A DNA stretch of 64,000 bases, taken from the NCBI GenBank assembly GCA_001819435.1, contig MHMT01000003.1:5797-69796 (forward strand), read 5' to 3'. Source of the DNA: Candidatus Portnoybacteria bacterium RBG_13_40_8. Lineage in GTDB: Bacteria; Patescibacteriota; Minisyncoccia; RBG-13-40-8-A. The notes below the pieces were generated by a model that was not told the DNA's origin, searched no databases, and saw only the letters and a list, made by a program, of their open reading frames with translations. The position numbers were made by a program, and so were the translations under genes. Positions 38,630 through 46,146 of the stretch are shown here, one piece after another; within the stretch, counting starts at the first letter, position 1; every line of letters begins with the position of its first letter.

Positions 38630-40042
38630 TTATCTTCCTCCTCCGCGGAGAACAATGTTAATTGTTTTTAAAATAATACCTAAATCTAAAACAAAAGAAC
38701 GATTTTTAACATAAAAAAGGTCATACTGAAGCTTCTCAAAATTGCCTTCTATTGATGATGTGTAGCCGTGTTTAATTTGGGCCCAACCGGAAAGACCCGG
38801 TTTTATCAAGTATCTTTCCTGATAGAATGGTATTTTGGATTTAAGTTCTTGATGGAATTCCGGTCTTTCTGCTCGGGGTCCGACAAAACTCATTTTCCCT
38901 TTAATTATATCCCAAAGCTGTGGCAGTTCGTCTAGCCTGGCTTTTCTTAGAAATTTTCCGAATTTGGTTATTCTGGGGTCGTTTTTCTGGGCCATTTTCG
39001 GTCCATCTTTTTCTGCATCTATAATCATTGAACGGAATTTAAAGAGATTAAAGGGTCTTCCGCCTTGACCCACTCTGGTTTGTTTGTAAAATATCGGTCC
39101 AGGTGATTCGAATTTTATAATCAGCGCAATTATAGTCCAGAAAGGAAGTGACAAAATCAAAAATAAAAAAGCAAAGAAAAAATCAAAAATCCTTTTACTA
39201 ATTTCATAGAGATTTTTTTCTCTTTGAGATATATTTTCCAGAAACCAGACCTGATTAATGGCGGTCAAGGGAATTCGTTGGGCGACTTTTTCATAAAATT
39301 CCGAAAGATTTACAAAATCAATTTTATAACGAATACACTCGAAAAGATTTTGGATTAAATCTGGAGAATGATATATCTCTGGAGCTACTACGACCACGGC
39401 AATTTTTTCTTGTTCCAATAACTCTTTTAAGTTTTTTATTCCCTCGGTTATTTTAATTTCTGGAAAATCGGTTTTATCTATTTCCTCATGGTTTTTAATA
39501 ATTAGTTTTAACCTATATCCAAGTTGCGGATTTTTGATTATTTCTTTTGCCAATTCTATTGCCTGAAGATTATAGCCGACAATGGCAGTATTCATCCTAA
39601 GTTTTATGGATCCGGCCAAGAAATTAAACAGATGTCTCCAAGTATAAAACAGAACAATGAATACCAGAACATTTAAAAATAAATTTGTTTTAGGCGTGAT
39701 TGCGCCAAAAGCAAAATTTGGAACAAGGTAGAAGAATATTACCGAAATCAGGCCGCTAATTATCAGAGCGCGAATAAGGGCAGAGGAGAATTCTACATTA
39801 TTTTTAGCAATATCTAATTCATAAAGATTATGAATATAGAATATAATTAACCAGATAATGTAGATTATCGAAAAGGGTAAAAGATGTTTTTCAAAAATAT
39901 TAAAATCAAATGCTCGATAACGAATTGTCAAAGCAATAACCAAAGAAGCATACAAAATAAGTATGTCTCCAATTAAAAGAATGAATTTTTTGATTTTCAT
40001 TTTCTTAATTTTAATGATATTATATTTATACGTAATTGACAA
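38630..40042 (-). CDS. polyprenyl-phosphate sugar phosphotransferase (WbaP/PglC/EpsL 'bacterial sugar transferase' family), initiating enzyme
   Basis: C-terminal domain KRIFDFFFAFL...SPGPIFYKQTRVG...PFNLFKFRSM is the family signature. N-terminal TM segments. Confidence 0.8.
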   Translation of the reverse strand: MSITYKYNIIKIKKMKIKKFILLIGDILILYASLVIALTIRYRAFDFNIFEKHLLPFSIIYIIWLIIFYIHNLYELDIAKNNVEFSSALIRALIISGLISVIFFYLVPNFAFGAITPKTNLFLNVLVFIVLFYTWRHLFNFLAGSIKLRMNTAIVGYNLQAIELAKEIIKNPQLGYRLKLIIKNHEEIDKTDFPEIKITEGIKNLKELLEQEKIAVVVVAPEIYHSPDLIQNLFECIRYKIDFVNLSEFYEKVAQRIPLTAINQVWFLENISQREKNLYEISKRIFDFFFAFLFLILSLPFWTIIALIIKFESPGPIFYKQTRVGQGGRPFNLFKFRSMIIDAEKDGPKMAQKNDPRITKFGKFLRKARLDELPQLWDIIKGKMSFVGPRAERPEFHQELKSKIPFYQERYLIKPGLSGWAQIKHGYTSSIEGNFEKLQYDLFYVKNRSFVLDLGIILKTINIVLRGGGR

Positions 40043-40077
40043 GGATCTTAAAGTTAAAGTAATATTAATATATTAAT
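40040..40077. promoter_or_regulatory. divergent promoter region
   Basis: TTGACA-N18-TAATAT lies between the divergently transcribed sugar transferase and Wzy_C genes. Confidence 0.35.
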
Positions 40078-42309
40078 ATGAATCCATCTTTAACCTATGT
40101 AAAAATACTCCGCTGGGGGATTTTTATTTCCCTATTTTTGCCGTTGGTTATTTTTTCCCAATATATTTCACCATTCCATTTTGGCAAAATGGTTGTTTTT
40201 CGGGTCATTGTGGAATTTCTGGCGGTTTTTTATATTCTTTTGATTATAGTTGATAGAAATTATCGTCCTAAGTGGACTTTTCTTTTAATCGCTTTTTCGG
40301 TTTTTACGGCCCTCTATTTTTTAACTGGCGTTATCGGAGTTAATTTTTATAACAGTTGGTGGGGTTCTCTCGAAAGGATGGGTGGTATTTTCAGTTTTCT
40401 GCATTTCTGGGTTTATTTTATTATTTTGACTAGCGTAATTAAAAATATAGAAGATTGGAATAAAATTTTGAAAATATCGGTTGGAGTTGGTTTTTTGTCT
40501 ATCTTATTTGCTTATGGTCAGCGCTTAAGACTGGGAGACTTTTTTGTTGGTTGGCAGCACGGAGAAAGGGTAATTGGCACAATTGGTAATCCGGCCCTTT
40601 TTGCCGGTTATCTTCTCTTTATTCTTTATTTGGCTCTTTTATTTTTATTGAAAAAAGAAACCAAGATACAGGAAAAAGGATTTTTTACGGCAGTGATTAT
40701 TTTGGGCATCCCGGTTTTATTGATGACCGCAGTAAGAGGGGCAATACTTTCTTTTCTGGGCTCTATTTTTCTCTTGGCCATATTTTTTATTTTTACCTTG
40801 AAGAATCGGAAGATTAAAATTTCTCTATTAATTGCGGTAATTATTTTTATAATTTTGACCGTCTTTATTTTATTGAACAAAGATCAGGCCTGGGTGAGAG
40901 GCGTTAGTTGGTTAAGCAGAATAACAGACATCTCTAAAGATACTTCTACCATTCAGACCAGATTATGGTCTTGGACAAGTGCAATTAATGGATGGAAGGA
41001 AAAACCAATCTTTGGTTGGGGCCCAGAAAATTTTATGTTTCTGCATATGAAATATTTTGATGCTCGTCACTTTACTGGTCTGGGCTCGGAGACGATCTGG
41101 GATCGGGCTCATAATATATTTTTGGAAATGCTGTCTACCGAGGGCGTGGCGGGTCTTATAAGTTATTTATCTATTTTTGGTATTGCTTTTTATTTTTTGA
41201 TTAAAAAGCTAAAAACAGGAGCCATTGATGGGTTGACTTTTGGAGTTTTATCGGCAGCCCTGATTGCTTACATCGGTCAGAATCTTTTTATTTTTGATAC
41301 TTTTGCTAATTATTTCTTATTCTTTTTGGTGTTGGGATATATTAATTTTTTGCTTTTTAAAAAGGATCAGGCCGAGATTCCTGTTTCGGGGCCCGCTCAA
41401 AGTCCTTCTCTTTTTTTAATATCCATCCTTTTAATATTGGTAGCCTTTATTGTTTATCAAACAAACATAAAGCCGGCTCGAGCTAATTTTGCCTGTACCC
41501 GGGCGATTATCGCTGGTCAGGGTGGCAATGCCCAAAGGGCATACGACAAATACGTAGAGGCCCTTAATTATAATACCCCTCAAGGAGCCTATGAAATAAG
41601 ACATAAATTAGCCACTTTTGCCATTCAGGTTTCAGAATCCCAAAGACAAAAGAATGGGGATTTTAATCCAGAGCTACTTCGCTACGCAATAAAAGAAACG
41701 GAGAAAAATATAGATAAGTATCCACTTGATACAACTCCCTATCTTTATGTCGGGAGAATGCATATTCTTCTCATCAATAAGGACTCCGGGGCTGGCAATA
41801 GAGCAGAAGAATATATTAACAAAGCCATTGCTCTTAATGATAAGAATCCCAGAATCTGGTATGAATTGGGACAGGCTCAAATGTCTGAAAAGAAATACCA
41901 AGAATCGTACGAGAGCTTTAAAAAGGCGCTTGAACTCAATCCCAGTGTTTCCCTGTCTTGGTGGTTTTTGGGGGTAGTTGCCCTTCAGGTCGGACATTAC
42001 GATGAGGCGGTTTACGACGTTGAAAAGGCGATAGCAATGGGTTATTCGGATTACAAGAACAGCATCGCGGATTTAATGCGTTTGGTAAATATTTATGAAA
42101 AAGTCGGAAATATCCCGAAAGTTACAGAATATTATCTTTTGGCAATAGCCGAACAGCCGGGAAATCCTCAATTTTACGCCTCTTTAGCGGCTGCCTATGC
42201 CAAAACGGGGGATTATAATAAGGCAAAAGAAACGGCTTTAAAAGCGGTGGAAATAGATCCTAAATTTAAAGAAGAAGCAGAAAAATTTATTAATTCCTTG
42301 CCGAAATAA
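40078..42309 (+). CDS. O-antigen ligase/Wzy_C-family membrane protein fused to a C-terminal TPR domain (candidate O-oligosaccharyltransferase or polymerase)
   Basis: About 12 TM helices. WSWTSAINGWKEKPIFGWGPENF is a Wzy_C motif. The last ~190 aa carry TPR-like repeats (AYAKTGDYNKAKETALKAVEIDP). Confidence 0.7.
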   Translation: MNPSLTYVKILRWGIFISLFLPLVIFSQYISPFHFGKMVVFRVIVEFLAVFYILLIIVDRNYRPKWTFLLIAFSVFTALYFLTGVIGVNFYNSWWGSLERMGGIFSFLHFWVYFIILTSVIKNIEDWNKILKISVGVGFLSILFAYGQRLRLGDFFVGWQHGERVIGTIGNPALFAGYLLFILYLALLFLLKKETKIQEKGFFTAVIILGIPVLLMTAVRGAILSFLGSIFLLAIFFIFTLKNRKIKISLLIAVIIFIILTVFILLNKDQAWVRGVSWLSRITDISKDTSTIQTRLWSWTSAINGWKEKPIFGWGPENFMFLHMKYFDARHFTGLGSETIWDRAHNIFLEMLSTEGVAGLISYLSIFGIAFYFLIKKLKTGAIDGLTFGVLSAALIAYIGQNLFIFDTFANYFLFFLVLGYINFLLFKKDQAEIPVSGPAQSPSLFLISILLILVAFIVYQTNIKPARANFACTRAIIAGQGGNAQRAYDKYVEALNYNTPQGAYEIRHKLATFAIQVSESQRQKNGDFNPELLRYAIKETEKNIDKYPLDTTPYLYVGRMHILLINKDSGAGNRAEEYINKAIALNDKNPRIWYELGQAQMSEKKYQESYESFKKALELNPSVSLSWWFLGVVALQVGHYDEAVYDVEKAIAMGYSDYKNSIADLMRLVNIYEKVGNIPKVTEYYLLAIAEQPGNPQFYASLAAAYAKTGDYNKAKETALKAVEIDPKFKEEAEKFINSLPK

Positions 42310-42317
42310 TCGAATCC

Positions 42318-43328
42318 ATGAACGAGAAATTAAAAATAGGAATCATTGGCATAGGTATGGTGGGTGAATCGCTGAGAAGGTGGTTTGAAGAAATTTTAGG
42401 ATATAAGCGCGGAAAAGAACTATTTTGCTATGATACAGATCCCAAAAAGGGTTATTCCGATGATTTTAATAAAGCCGATATTGTATTCGTTGCTGTTCCC
42501 ACTCCATCTAACCCCGATGGAAGTTGCAATATTTCGATAGTTGAAAGCGCCATAGACTCAATAAAAAATGGGAAAATCATAGTTATAAAATCGACAATTC
42601 CTCCGGGTACGGCCGAAACAATACAGAAGAAACACAGAAAGAAAAGGATTATTTTTAATCCCGAGTTTCTTACCGAAGCTCAGGCTTGGATAGATTTTAT
42701 TAGTCCCGACAGGCAGATAGTTGCGCATACGGCAGAGAGCATAAGCGATGCATTGGAGGTTCTTTCCGTTTTGCCCAAGAAGCATTTTATCAGACCGTGG
42801 GCAAGTGATTATACCAAGAGGAGCGTAAACGCCTCGGAAGCCGAATTGAGCAAATATGCCAGTAATATTTTCGGTTACATTAAAGTAATCTTTGGAAATA
42901 TATTAGCCGATATTTGTCATGCCCTGAATTTAAAGTTTAAACAGGAGAAAATTCCGACAAAGACTGACTACGAGAACGTAAGAGAAATTATTTCAGCCGA
43001 TTTAAGAATTGGTCCGTCTTGGCTTAATATCGAGCACGGGAATTATTGTGGCGTGGGAGGTTATTGTTTTCCCAAAGATATGAATGCTTTTATTTTTTTT
43101 GCCGAAGATTTGATTGAATTTTTGAAAAAATCCCCCCCAAAATCGGGAGTAGATGTCGGACAGGTTAAGACCCTGGAAAAGGGGATAGGCGTTTTACGCG
43201 CAGTAAGAGTTTATAATGAAGAATTACTCAAATGGCAGGGATTAAACGCCGAAGATGTGACAAAACATGAAAAAGAGATAATAATCAATAAGAGAAAAAA
43301 AATCAGAACTCATTCCAAAAACCATTAA
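42318..43328 (+). CDS. UDP-glucose/GDP-mannose dehydrogenase-family protein (short, possibly lacking the C-terminal domain)
   Basis: IGIIGIGMVG NAD motif, VFVAVPTP, and NPEFLTEA (cf. NPEFLREG). Only 336 aa. Confidence 0.5.
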   Translation: MNEKLKIGIIGIGMVGESLRRWFEEILGYKRGKELFCYDTDPKKGYSDDFNKADIVFVAVPTPSNPDGSCNISIVESAIDSIKNGKIIVIKSTIPPGTAETIQKKHRKKRIIFNPEFLTEAQAWIDFISPDRQIVAHTAESISDALEVLSVLPKKHFIRPWASDYTKRSVNASEAELSKYASNIFGYIKVIFGNILADICHALNLKFKQEKIPTKTDYENVREIISADLRIGPSWLNIEHGNYCGVGGYCFPKDMNAFIFFAEDLIEFLKKSPPKSGVDVGQVKTLEKGIGVLRAVRVYNEELLKWQGLNAEDVTKHEKEIIINKRKKIRTHSKNH

Positions 43329-43378
43329 AAGAAATAGAATTATTTGACAATAAATTTAAAAGGGTTTATTAGATAGTT

Positions 43379-44953
43379 ATGGATCAAAAAAGCAAAAAAG
43401 TATTAGTAACCGGCGGAGCCGGTTTTATTGGTTCTAATTTGGTTGATGCCCTTATCGAGAGAGGTTTTGATGTTGTTGTGATTGATAATCTTTCAACCGG
43501 CAATAAGGAGAATATAAAAAATTTTTTGAACTACGGGAAATTTAAGTTTATTAATGGCAGCCTTACTGATTTGAATGTTTGTCGTCAAGCGGTAAAAGGT
43601 ATTGATTATATTTTCCATTTAGCAGCCATTCCTTCGGTTTTTCGCTCGGTCGAAAATCCATTAGCCACCAATGAAGCCAATATATCGGGTACCTTAAATT
43701 TATTGATTGCTGCGCGAGACGAGGGAAGTATCAAAAAGTTTGTCTACTCTTCTTCGTCTTCGGTCTACGGCGATTCGCCGAAATTACCCAAACAAGAAGA
43801 CGATCCAGTAAACCCGATTTCGCCATACGCTCTTTCTAAGTATACGGGCGAAAGATACTGTCAGATTTTTAATAAAATTTTTGGTTTACCGACAATTTGT
43901 CTTCGCTATTTTAATGTTTTCGGGCCTCGTCAAAACCCCCTTTCTCAATACGGAGCAGCCATTCCGAAGTTTGTTTTTTCCATGATTCAGAATAAGTCCC
44001 CGATTATTTACGGAGACGGCGAGCAGACCAGGGATTTTACCTATGTTGATAATGTTGTCGAGGCCAATGTGCTGGCCGTCCAATCAAAACATTCCGGCGA
44101 GGTAATTAATGTTGCATGCAATCAAAGAATTTCACTTAATCAGATTATAGAATTGATTAATGGATTTTTGAAAACAAACATTAAAGCCCTTTATTATTCA
44201 CCACGGCCCGGCGATGTAAGACACTCCCTAGCAGATGTTTCTAAAGCCAAAGAGTTACTTTCATATCATCCCAAGGTTTATTTTGAAGAAGGCCTAAGAG
44301 AGACAATTAATTGGTTTAAGGGACTGAAAATTTACGAAATTACTGAGCGATTCGCATCCATTCGTCCGGCCGAAGAAAGAGATATTAATCAAATTTCCGG
44401 ATTATATCAAAAAGAAATAAAAACCGGATTTTTAAGTTCTTTTGGGCCGCCATTTTTAAACAAATTGTTTCAGGCAATCATCAGATTTGATGACACTTTT
44501 TGTATCGTGGCCGAGCTTGATAATCAATTAGCCGGATTCATTGTTGGAGTAGTTAATGCTAATAAATTTTATAGAGATTTTACTAGAAAATATTCTTTAA
44601 GAGCCGGATTGTCTATTTTGTTAAAATCCTTGAAAGCCAAAAATTTAAAGAAAATTTTAGAAACCATTTTTTATCTAAGAAAAGAAGGAGATTTACCGCC
44701 GGCAGAATTATTTGTAATTGTAGTTGGTGAAAGATTCCAAAGACAAAAACTAGGTACCGCCCTATTGGAAAATTTTATAGCCGAAATGAAGCGATTGGGG
44801 GTTAAGTCTTTTAGGAGTACGGTTAGTGAAAAATTTAAACCAACCATTGCATTTTACACAAAAATGGGATTTAAATTTCATCAACCTACAGAGGTTCACA
44901 AGGGCCAACCATCAAAAACCTTTACATATAACGTCTTGACAGATAAAGATTGA
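43379..44953 (+). CDS. fusion of a UDP-sugar 4-epimerase (SDR, WbpP-like) with a C-terminal GNAT-like acetyltransferase domain
   Basis: N-terminus: VLVTGGAGFIGSNL, YxxxK region, YGDGEQTRDFTYVDNVVEAN. C-terminal ~200 aa has an acyl-CoA N-acyltransferase-like pattern. Confidence 0.6.
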   Translation: MDQKSKKVLVTGGAGFIGSNLVDALIERGFDVVVIDNLSTGNKENIKNFLNYGKFKFINGSLTDLNVCRQAVKGIDYIFHLAAIPSVFRSVENPLATNEANISGTLNLLIAARDEGSIKKFVYSSSSSVYGDSPKLPKQEDDPVNPISPYALSKYTGERYCQIFNKIFGLPTICLRYFNVFGPRQNPLSQYGAAIPKFVFSMIQNKSPIIYGDGEQTRDFTYVDNVVEANVLAVQSKHSGEVINVACNQRISLNQIIELINGFLKTNIKALYYSPRPGDVRHSLADVSKAKELLSYHPKVYFEEGLRETINWFKGLKIYEITERFASIRPAEERDINQISGLYQKEIKTGFLSSFGPPFLNKLFQAIIRFDDTFCIVAELDNQLAGFIVGVVNANKFYRDFTRKYSLRAGLSILLKSLKAKNLKKILETIFYLRKEGDLPPAELFVIVVGERFQRQKLGTALLENFIAEMKRLGVKSFRSTVSEKFKPTIAFYTKMGFKFHQPTEVHKGQPSKTFTYNVLTDKD

Positions 44954-44997
44954 TATGATAGAATATAATTACTACTGAAATCTAAAAGGAGGAGAAA

Positions 44998-45777
44998 ATG
45001 TATCTTAAAAACATTGTGGCGATTACACCGGTTTGGAATGAGCCACTGGGATTAATTCAGAAATTTCTTAGTGGTATTAAAAGAGTCCGGAGCATTTTAG
45101 CCGAGAAAGAGATCGGTTTCCGACATTTTTTTCTTGATGATGGGGCGCTTCATTTGCCCGATGAGTGTTCGATTCTGGTTCGTCATAAAGAAAACCTGCG
45201 ACTCGCAAAGACTTTAGTGGATGGTTATGAGGCGGTACTGAATCTTAAATCGGTTCCCGATCTTGTTATTCGGTTGGATTGCCAGGAACATGATCCGGAG
45301 AAAATTCCTTTCGTTATTGATCACTTCTCGCATGCATCTCAGCTTCAAGCTCTTTTTCTTCCTGTATGGTACTGGGTCAAGGGCGAAGATAGGCCGTTGA
45401 TGAAAGATATTACCATGATGATTACAAAATTCATTTCCGGCATATCGCCAGTCAACAGACAGGCTGTGCTTGAAGTGTACAATCAGAAATTTCCCCTCGG
45501 ATACCAGGCGTTCAGGATCGCGGCACTTAGAAAGTTGATGAACCCACTAAAGAAAGGTCTCGTGCTTTTTCAGCAGAAATTTAACACTTCTGCTTCGTGG
45601 GGCTTGGATCTCTTGGTTATTCTTTTGGCGGCAAAAGAATATCCAGAGGGCGTTGATTTTATCTTTGGGGGCTGGTCAGAGCCATGGCAAGAGAATCGGT
45701 CTCCGGAAAAAATCGATGCTCAGCGCGTGAAAGCAGAGGCCATGGTAGAATTAGCAGAAGAATTAGATTATCAGTAA
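44998..45777 (+). CDS. hypothetical protein, GT2-like N-terminus (ITPVWNE..., FFLDDGA)
   Basis: Weak GT-A motifs only. GC (~42%) is clearly above the locus average. Confidence 0.3.
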   Translation: MYLKNIVAITPVWNEPLGLIQKFLSGIKRVRSILAEKEIGFRHFFLDDGALHLPDECSILVRHKENLRLAKTLVDGYEAVLNLKSVPDLVIRLDCQEHDPEKIPFVIDHFSHASQLQALFLPVWYWVKGEDRPLMKDITMMITKFISGISPVNRQAVLEVYNQKFPLGYQAFRIAALRKLMNPLKKGLVLFQQKFNTSASWGLDLLVILLAAKEYPEGVDFIFGGWSEPWQENRSPEKIDAQRVKAEAMVELAEELDYQ

Positions 45778-45784
45778 GAAGAAC

Positions 45785-45823
45785 TTGGGCAAGCTTCGTA
45801 TGGCTTGCCCAATTTTTATTTTT
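45785..45823 (+). terminator. intrinsic terminator
   Basis: TTGGGCAAGC-ttcgtatg-GCTTGCCCAA 10-bp stem followed by TTTTTATTTTT. Confidence 0.75.
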
Positions 45824-45861
45824 AAAATCTTACAAAAGACAAGATAAATAGGAGGCATCTC

Positions 45862-45977
45862 TTGACAACTAATTTTTGATTTGCTAATATAAAAGTACGT
45901 TGAGTGGGGAATGTCGTAAGACAAACCTCTTACTACGGGAAGAGAGACCTCTGGCTATATGTCGAGGCCTCTTTTCT
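45862..45977 (+). ncRNA. candidate small RNA: promoter (TTGACA-N17-TAATAT) followed by an ~80-nt structured transcript ending in an intrinsic terminator
   Basis: -35 at 45862-45867 and -10 at 45885-45890. Internal hairpin GTAAGA/TCTTAC. Terminal hairpin AGAGACCTC...GAGGCCTCT followed by TTTT at 45972. Confidence 0.4.
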
Positions 45978-45979
45978 AT

Positions 45980-46120
45980 TTGACACTTTTATTTTATGAA
46001 TTTATACTAAGAAATGTATCGTGATTACGCTTCGCGATCCGAAAGGGAGTCAGAACAAGTACCCATTCAACACGTAGTATTGGGGTTTAACTTTCTGGCT
46101 CCCTTTCGTATCAATTTTTA
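45980..46120 (+). ncRNA. second promoter-to-terminator structured RNA element (sRNA or leader attenuator) upstream of the metalloprotease gene
   Basis: TTGACA-N17-TATACT at 45980-46008. 15-bp stem GAAAGGGAGTCAGAA/TTCTGGCTCCCTTTC (46041-46107) with a 37-nt loop, then a T-run at 46114. Confidence 0.4.
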
Positions 46121-46146
46121 GATGTCTGTGGTATAATTTATTTAGA

